Positions 55,901 to 64,000 of a DNA stretch of 64,000 bases are shown here, piece by piece. The notes beneath the pieces are model-generated. The model was given only the letters and a program-made list of their open reading frames with translations. It was not told the origin of the DNA and did not search any database. The translations under genes were made by a program, and so were the position numbers. Location: contig OZ024741.1 in assembly GCA_964016885.1 (NCBI GenBank), positions 249,488,001 to 249,552,000 of the forward strand. The letters run 5' to 3'. How positions within the stretch are numbered: the stretch's first letter is position 1; each line of letters begins with the position of its first letter. The stretch comes from Eledone cirrhosa (Eukaryota).

Positions 55901-57694
55901 TAATTTCCAGCCGTCCAAGGGGAGATAATATCCAGCCGTCCAAGGAGACATATTTTCCAGCCGTCCAAGGAGAGGTAATTTCTAGCCGTCCAAGGGGAGA
56001 TAAGTTCCAGCTTCCAAGGGGAGATAATTTCCAGCCAGCCAAGGGGAGATAATTTGTAAAAAAATCAGGGGGAGATAATTTGTAAAAAAAAAATCAGGGG
56101 GAGATAATTTGTAAAAAAATTAGGGGGAGATAATTTGTAAAAAAAAAATCAGGGGGAGATAATTTGTAAAAAAAATCAGGGGGAGATAATTTGTAGAAAA
56201 AATCAGGGGTAGATAATTTGTAAAAAAAATCAGGGGGAGATAATTTGTAAAAAAAATCAGGGGGAGATAATTTGTAAAAAAAATCAGGGGTAGATAATTT
56301 TCAGCCGTCCAAGGGGAGATAATTTCCATCCTTCCAAGGGGAGATAATTTCCAGCCGTCCAAGGGGAGATAATTTCCCGCCAGCCAAGGAGAGATAACAT
56401 TTAAAAAAATCAGGCGGAGATAATTTGTAAAAAAAATCAGGGGGAGATAATTTGTAAAAAAATCAGGGGGAGATAATTTGTAAAAAAAATCAGGGGTAGA
56501 TAATTTCCAGCCGTCCAAGGGGAGATAATTTCCATCCTTCCAAGGGGAGATAATTTCCAGCCGTCCAAGGGGAGATAATTTCCCGCCAGCCAAGGAGAGA
56601 TAATATTTAAAAAAATCAGGCGGAGATAATTTGTAAAAAAAATCAGGGGGAGATAATTTGTAAAAAAATCAGGGGGAGATAATTTGTAAAAAAAATCAGG
56701 GGTAGATAATTTCCAGCCGTCCAAGGGGAGATAATTTCCATCCTTCCAAGGGGAGATAATTTCCAGCCGTCCGAGGGGAGATAATTTCCCGCCAGCCAAG
56801 GAGAGATAATATTTAAAAAAATCAGGCGGAGATAATTTGTAAAAAAAATCAGGGGGAGATAATTTGTAAAAAAAAATCAGGGGAGATAATTTGTAAAAAA
56901 AATCAGGGGGAGATAATTTGTAAAAAAAAATCAGGGGTAGATAATTTGTAAAAAAAAATCAGGGGGAGATAATTTGTAAAAAAAAAATCAGGGGGAGATA
57001 ATTTGTAAAAAAATCAAGGGGAGATAATTTCCAGCCGTCCAAGGGGAGATAATTTTCAGCCGTCCAAGGAGGTAATTTCTAGCCGTCCAAGGGGAGATAA
57101 TTTCCAGCCGTCCAAGGGGAGATAATTTTTTTAAAAAAATCAGGCGGAGATAATTTGTAAACAAAAATCAGGGGGAGATAATTTGTAAAAAAAAATCAGG
57201 GGGAGATAATTTGTAAAAAAAAATCAGGGGTAGATAATTTGTAAAAAAAATCAAGGGGAGATAATTTCCAGCCGTCCAAGGGGAGGTAATATCTAGCCAT
57301 CCAAGGGGAGATAATTTCCAGCCGTCCAAGGGGAGATAATTTCCAGCCGTCCAAGGGGAGATAATATCCAGCCGTCCAAGGAGACATATTTTCCAGCCGT
57401 CCAAGGAGAGGTAATTTCTAGCCGTCCAAGGGGAGATAAGTTCCAGCCTCCAAGGGGAGATAATTTCCAGCCAGCCAAGGGGAGATAATTTGTAAAAAAA
57501 TCAGGGGGAGATAATTTGTAAAAAAAAATCAGGGGGAGATAATTTGTAAAAAAATCAGGGGGAGATAATTTGTAAAAAAAAAATCAGGGGGAGATAATTT
57601 GTAAAAAAAATCAGGGGGAGATAATTTGTAGAAAAAATCAGGGGTAGATAATTTGTAAAAAAAATCAGGGGGAGATAATTTGTAAAAAAAATCA
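25967..57694 (+). repeat. Super-repeat unit 2 (31,728 bp = ~22-kb ground unit + 9.7-kb extra block)
   Basis: The same unique markers recur at offset 31,728 (ORF 26144 -> 57872). Tail region 20484-25900 matches 52211-57630 at offset ~31,727. Confidence 0.85.
30020..49500 (+). repeat. ~9.74-kb tandem pair (copies ~30020-39760 and ~39761-49500)
   Basis: ORF offsets of 9741 (30199/39940, 30760/40501, 31393/41134) and 9742 (39649/49391). The TAAATTCTAG marker is at 30051 and 39792. Confidence 0.88.
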
Positions 57695-60600
57695 GGGGGA
57701 GATAATTTGTAAAAAAAATCAGGGGTAGATAATTTTCAGCCGTCCAAGGGGAGATAATTTCCATCCTTCCAAGGGGAGATAATTTCCAGCCGTCCAAGGG
57801 GAGATAATTTCCCGCCAGCCAAGGAGAGATAACATTTAAAAAAATCAGGCGGAGATAATTTGTAAAAAAAATCAGGGGGAGATAATTTGTAAAAAAATCA
57901 GGGGGAGATAATTTGTAAAAAAAATCAGGGGTAGATAATTTCCAGCCGTCCAAGGGGAGATAATTTCCATCCTTCCAAGGGGAGATAATTTCCAGCCGTC
58001 CAAGGGGAGATAATTTCCCGCCAGCCAAGGAGAGATAATATTTAAAAAAATCAGGCGGAGATAATTTGTAAAAAAAATCAGGGGGAGATAATTTGTAAAA
58101 AAATCAGGGGGAGACAATTTGTAAAAAAAAATCAGGGGGAGATAATTTGTAAAAAAAATCAGGGGGAGATAATTTGTAAAAAAAATCAGGGGTAGATAAT
58201 TTGTAAAAAAAAATCAGGGGGAGATAATTTGTAAAAAAAAAATCAGGGGGAGATAATTTGTAAAAAAATCAAGGGGAGATAATTTCCAGCCGTCCAAGGG
58301 GAGATAATTTTCAGCCGTCCAAGGAGAGGTAATTTCTAGCCGTCCAAGGGGAGATAATTTCCAGCCGTCCAAGGGGAGATAATTTTTTTAAAAAAATCAA
58401 TCAGGGGGAGATAATTTGTAAACAAAAATCAGGGGGAGATAATTTGTAAAAAAAAATCAGGGGGAGATAATTTGTTAAAAAAAATCAGGGGGAGATAATT
58501 TGTAAAAAAAATCAAGGGGAGATAATTTCCAGCCGTCCAAGGGGAGGTAATATCTAGCCATCCAAGGGGAGATAATTTCCAGCCGTCCAAGGGGAGATAA
58601 TTTCCAGCCGTCCAAGGGGAGATAATATCCAGCCGTCCAAGGAGACATATTTTCCAGCCGTCCAAGGAGAGGTAATTTCTAGCCGTCCAAGGGGAGATAA
58701 GTTCCTGCCTCCAAGGGGAGATAATTTCCAGCCAGCCAAGGGGAGATAATTTGTAAAAAAATCAGGGGGAGATAATTTGTAAAAAAAAAATCAGGGGGAG
58801 ATAATTTGTAAAAAAATCAGGGGGAGATAATTTGTAAAAAAAAAATCAGGGGGAGATAATTTGTAAAAAAAATCAGGGGGAGATAATTTGTAGAAAAAAT
58901 CAGGGGTAGATAATTTGTAAAAAAAATCAGGGGGAGATAATTTGTAAAAAAAATCAGGGGGAGATAATTTGTAGAAAAAATCAGGGGTAGATAATTTTCA
59001 GCCGTCCAAGGGGAGATAATTTCCATCCTTCCAAGGGGAGATAATTTCCAGCCGTCCAAGGGGAGATAATTTCCCGCCAGCCAAGGAGAGATAACATTTA
59101 AAAAAATCAGGCGGAGATAATTTGTTAAAAAAATCAGGGGGAGATAATTTGTAAAAAAATCAGGGGGAGATAATTTGTAAAAAAAATCAGGGGTAGATAA
59201 TTTCCAGCCGTCCAAGGGGAGATAATTTCCATCCTTCCAAGGGGAGATAATTTCCAGCCGTCCAAGGGGAGATAATTTCCCGCCAGCCAAGGAGAGATAA
59301 TATTTAAAAAAATCAGGCGGAGATAATTTGTAAAAAAAATCAGGGGGAGATAATTTGTAAAAAAATCAGGGGGAGATAATTTGTAAAAAAAAATCAGGGG
59401 GAGATAATTTGTAAAAAAAATCAGGGGGAGATAATTTGTAAAAAAAATCAGGGGTAGATAATTTGTAAAAAAAAATCAGGGGGAGATAATTTGTAAAAAA
59501 AAAATCAGGGGGAGATAATTTGTAAAAAAATCAAGGGGAGATAATTTCCAGCCGTCCAAGGGGAGATAATTTTCAGCCTTCCAAGGAGAGGTAATTTCTA
59601 GCCGTCCAAGGGGAGATAATTTCCAGCCGTCCAAGGGGAGATAATTTTTTTAAAAAAATCAGGCGGAGATAATTTGTAAACAAAAATCAGGGGGAGATAA
59701 TTTGTAAAAAAAAATCAGGGGGAGATAATTTGTAAAAAAAAATCAGGGGGAGATAATTTGTAAAAAAAATCAAGGGGAGATAATTTCCAGCCGTCCAAGG
59801 GGAGGTAATATCTAGCCATCCAAGGGGAGATAATTTCCAGCCGTCCAAGGGGAGATAATTTCCAGCCGTCCAAGGGGAGATAATATCCAGCCGTCCAAGG
59901 AGACATATTTTCCAGCCGTCCAAGGATAGGTAATTTCTAGCCGTCCAAGGGGAGATAAGTTCCAGCCTCCAAGGGGAGATAATTTCCAGCCAGCCAAGGG
60001 GAGATAATTTGTAAAAAAATCAGGGGGAGATAATTTGTAAAAAAAAAATCAGGGGGAGATAATTTGTAAAAAAATCAGGGGGAGATAATTTGTAAAAAAA
60101 AAATCAGGGGGAGATAATTTGTAAAAAAAATCAGGGGGAGATAATTTGTAAAAAAAATCAGGGGTAGATAATTTGTAAAAAAAATCAGGGGGAGATAATT
60201 TGTAACAAAAATCAGGAGGAGATAATTTGTAAAAAAAATCAGGGGTAGATAATTTTCAGCCGTCCAAGGGGAGATAATTTCCAGCCGTCCAAGGGGAGAT
60301 AATTTCCCGCCAGCCAAGGAGAGATAACATTTAAAAAAATCAGGCGGAGATAATTTGTAAAAAAATCAGGGGTAGATAATTTGTAAAAAAAAATCAGGGG
60401 GAGATAATTTGTAAAAAAAATCAGGGGGAGATAATTTGTAAAAAAAAAATCAGGGGGTGATAATTTGTAAAAAAATCAAGGGGAGATAATTTCCAGCCGT
60501 CCAAGGGGAGATAATTTTCAGCCGTCCAAGGAGAGGTAATTTCTAGCCGTCCAACGGGAGATAATTTCCAGCCAGCCAAGGGGAGATAATTTGTAAAAAA

Positions 60601-63600
60601 ATCAGGGGTAGATAATTTGTAAAAAAAAATCAGGGGGAGATAATTTGTAAAAAAAATCAGGGGGAGATAATTTGTAAAAAAAATCAGGGGTAGATAATTT
60701 CCAGCCGTCCAAGGGGAGATAATTTCCATCCTTCCAAGGGGAGATAATTTCCAGCCGTCCAAGGGGAGATAATTTCCCGCCAGCCAAGGAGAGATAACAT
60801 TTAAAAAAATCAGGCGGAGATAATTTGTAAAAAAAATCAGGGGGAGATAATTTGTAAAAAAATCAGGGGGAGATAATTTGTAAAAAAAATCAGGGGGAGA
60901 TAATTTGTAAAAAAAATCAGGGGTAGATAATTTGTAAAAAAAATCAGGGGGAGATAATTTGTAAAAAAAATCAGGGGGAGATAATTTGTAAAAAAAATCA
61001 GGGGTAGATAATTTCCCGCCAGGGGAGATAATTTCCCGCCAGCCAATGAGAGATAATATTTAAAAAAATCAGGCGGAGATAATTTGTAAAAAAAATCAGG
61101 GGGAGATAATTTGTAAAAAAATCAAGGGGAGATAATTTCCAGCCGTCCAAGGGGAGATAATTTTCAGCCGTCCAAGGAGAGGTAATTTCTAGCCGTCCAA
61201 GGGGAGATAATTTCCAGCCGTCCAAGGGGAGATAATTTTTTTAAAAAAATCAGGCGGAGATAATTTGTAAACAAAAATCAGGGGGAGATAATTTGTAAAA
61301 AAAAATCAGGGGGAGATAATTAGTAAAAAAAAATCAGGGGGAGATAATTTGTAAAAAAAATCAAGGGGAGATAATTTTCAGCCGTCCAAGGGGAGGTAAT
61401 ATCTAGCCATCCAAGGGGAGATAATTTCCAGCCGTCCAAGGGGAGATAATTTCCAGCCGTCCAAGGGGAGATAATATCCAGCCGTCCAAGGAGACATATT
61501 TTCCAGCCGTCCAAGGAGACGTAATTTCTAGCCGTCCAAGGGGAGATAAGTTCCAGCCTCCAAGGGGAGATAATTTCCAGCCAGCCAAGGGGAGATAATT
61601 TGTAAAAAAATTAGGGGGAGATAATTTGTAAAAAAAAATTAGGGGGAGATAATTTGTAAAAAAAAATCAGGGGGAGATAATTTGTAAAAAAAAATCAGGG
61701 GGAGATAATTTGTAAAAAAAATCAAGGGGAGATAATTTCCAGCCGTCCAAGGGGAGATAATTTTCAGCCGTCCAAGGAGAGGTAAATTCTAGCCGTCCAA
61801 GGAGATATAATTTCCAGCCGTCCAAGGGGAGATAATTTCCAGCCGTCCAAGGGGAGATAATTTTTTAAAAAAAATCAGGCGGAGATAATTTGTAAACAAA
61901 AATCAGGGGGAGATAATTTTTTAAAAAAAATCAGGGGGAGATAATTTGTAAAAAAAAATCAGGGGGAGATAATTTGTAAAAAAAATCAAGGGGAGATAAT
62001 TTCCAGCCGTCCAAGGGGAGGTAATATCTAGCCATCCAAGGGGAGATAATTTCCAGCCGTCCAAGGGGAGATAATATCCAGCCGTCCAAGGAGACATATT
62101 TTCCAGCCGTCCAAGGAGAGGTAATTTCTAGCCGTCCAAGGGGAGATAAGTTCCAGCCTCCAAGGGGAGATAATTTCCAGCCAGCCAAGGGGAGATAATT
62201 TGTAAAAAAATCAGGGGGGAGATAATTTGTAAAAAAAATCAGGGGGAGATAATTTGAAAAAAAAATCAGGGGGAGATAATTTGTAAAAAATATCAAGGGG
62301 AGATAATTTCCAGCCCTCCAAGGGGCTATAATTTCCAGCCGTGCAAGGGGAGATAATTTCCAGCCGTCCAAGGGGAGATAATTTCCATCCTTCCAAGGGG
62401 AGATAATTTCCAGCCGTCCAAGGGGAGATAATTTCCCGCCAGCCAAGGGAAGATAATTTTTTTAAAAATCAGGCGGAGATTGTAAAAAAAATCAGGGGGA
62501 GATAATTTGTAAAAAAATCAGGGGGAGATAATTTGTAAAAAAAAATCAGGGGGAGATAATTTGTAAAAAAAATCAGGGGGAGATAATTTGTAAAAAAAAT
62601 CAGGGGTAGATAATTTGTAAAAAAAATCAGGGGGAGATAATTTGTAAAAAAAATCAGGGGGAGATAATTTGTAAAAAAAATCAGGGGTAGATAATTTTCA
62701 GCCGTCCAAGGGGAGATAATTTCCATCCTTCCAAGGGGAGATAATTTCCAGCCGTCCAAGGGGAGATAATTTCCCGCCAGCCAAGGAGAGATAACATTTA
62801 AAAAAATCAGGCGGAGATAATTTGTAAAAAAATCAGGGGGAGATAATTTGTAAAAAAAATCAGGGGTAGATAATTTCCAGCCGTCCAAGGGGAGATAATT
62901 TCCATCCTTCCAAGGGGAGATAATTTCCAGCCGTCCAAGGGGAGATAATTTCCCGCCAGCCAAGGAGAGATAATATTTAAAAAAATCAGGCGGAGATAAT
63001 TTGTAAAAAAAATCAGGGGGAGATAATTTGTAAAAAAAAATCAGGGGGAGATAATTTGTAAAAAAAAATCAGGGGGAGATAATTTGTAAAAAAAATCAAG
63101 GGGAGATAATTTGTAAAAAAAAATCAGGGGTAGATAATTTGTAAAAAAAAATCAGGGGGAGATAATTTGTAAAAAAAAAATCAAGGGGAGATAATTTCCA
63201 GCCGTCCAAGGGGAGATAATTTTCAGCCGTCCAAGGAGAGGTAATTTCTAGCCGTCCAAGGGGAGATAATTTCCAGCCAGCCAAGGGGAGATAATTTGTA
63301 AAAAAATCAGGGGTAGATAATTTGTAAAAAAAAATCAGGGGGAGATAATTTGTAAAAAAAATCAGGGGGAGATAATTTGTAAAAAAAATCAGGGGTAGAT
63401 AATTTCCAGCCGTCCAAGGGGAGATAATTTCCATCCTTCCAAGGGGAGATAATTTCCAGCCGTCCAAGGGGAGATAATTTCCCGCCAGCCAAGGAGAGAT
63501 AACATTTAAAAAAATCAGGCGGAGATAATTTGTAAAAAAAATCAGGGGGAGATAATTTGTAAAAAAATCAGGGGGAGATAATTTGTAAAAAAAATCAGGG

Positions 63601-64000
63601 GTAGATAATTTCCAGCCGTCCAAGGGGAGATAATTTCCATCCTTCCAAGGGGAGATAATTTCCAGCCGTCCAAGGGGAGATAATTTCCCGCCAGCCAAGG
63701 AGAGATAATATTTAAAAAAATCAGGCGGAGATAATTTGTAAAAAAAATCAGGGGGAGATAATTTGTAAAAAAATCAGGGGGAGATAATTTGTAAAAAAAA
63801 ATCAGGGGAGATAATTTGTAAAAAAAATCAGGGGGAGATAATTTGTAAAAAAAAATCAGGGGTAGATAATTTGTAAAAAAAAATCAGGGGGAGATAATTT
63901 GTAAAAAAAAAATCAGGGGGAGATAATTTGTAAAAAAATCAAGGGGAGATAATTTCCAGCCGTCCAAAGGGAGATAATTTTCAGCCGTCCAAGGAGGTAA
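57695..64000 (+). repeat. Super-repeat unit 3 (partial, truncated by the window end)
   Basis: Colinear with 25967-32300 at offset ~31,728-31,732 (28343/60075, 29588/61320, 30199/61931). One A monomer is lost near 62.5 kb. Confidence 0.85.

Larger units (their letters stand above)
1..64000 (+). repeat. Composite two-monomer satellite DNA array (type A ~27 bp, type B 25 bp, shared core GGGGAGATAATTT), running off both ends of the window
   Basis: Every line consists of A (TCAGGGGGAGATAATTTGT A7-10) or B (CCAAGGGGAGATAATTTCCAGCCGT) monomers or point variants, all head-to-tail on one strand. Roughly 2,400 monomers (64,000 / ~26 bp, an estimate). Confidence 0.99.

Noticed and set aside
178-63698. 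Hundreds of minus-strand ORFs of 61-244 aa (NYLPLIFFT, KLSPLGRLEIISPW repeats)
   Set aside because: They are translations of the satellite. The 27-bp monomer keeps frame, while 25/26/28-bp monomers shift it at random. Starts are mostly TTG from CCAA, ORFs overlap in several frames, and there is no domain or frame conservation. The + strand is closed by TAA in the monomers.
1-64000. CRISPR-like layout (constant repeat plus variable spacer)
   Set aside because: The core is only 13 bp, the 'spacers' are two recurring 12-16 bp types rather than unique sequences, and there is no leader or cas gene.
1-64000. Canonical G-quadruplex array
   Set aside because: G runs are separated by ~21-24 nt, well beyond typical loop lengths. 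Intramolecular G4 cannot be supported without experiment.
1-64000. Mobile element, rRNA or tRNA embedded in the array
   Set aside because: I found no non-satellite sequence, terminal inverted repeats, LTRs or RNA-gene motifs on either strand.
1-64000. Pure sequencing artefact (concatemer or polymerase slippage)
   Set aside because: Hierarchically shared, position-specific variants and private SNPs indicate real evolutionary history. Individual large duplications still need read-level confirmation.

Overview
The whole 64 kb window is one uninterrupted, single-orientation tandem satellite array. I see no credible genes, RNA genes, transposon insertions or unique sequence. It is built from two short monomer families sharing a 13-bp core GGGGAGATAATTT. 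Type A is core+GT(A)7-10TCAG (26-29 bp, mostly 27). Type B is core+CCAGCCGTCCAA (25 bp). A and B occur in runs that form fixed cassettes, and these nest into higher-order repeats (HORs): 179/206-bp sub-units, a ~1.26-kb 48-monomer HOR (A5 B9 A9 B4 A4 B4 A9 B4), internal duplications of ~2.8, ~4.0 and ~9.7 kb, and a ~22-kb ground unit seen at offsets of 25,966 and 31,728 bp. Private variants suggest the youngest event is a >28-kb segmental duplication with its junction at ~39.76 kb. The ORF track is an artefact of the repeat. The architecture is typical of eukaryotic centromeric, pericentromeric or subtelomeric heterochromatin, but I cannot assign organism or function from sequence alone. All counts and offsets were read by eye from the sequence and ORF track.
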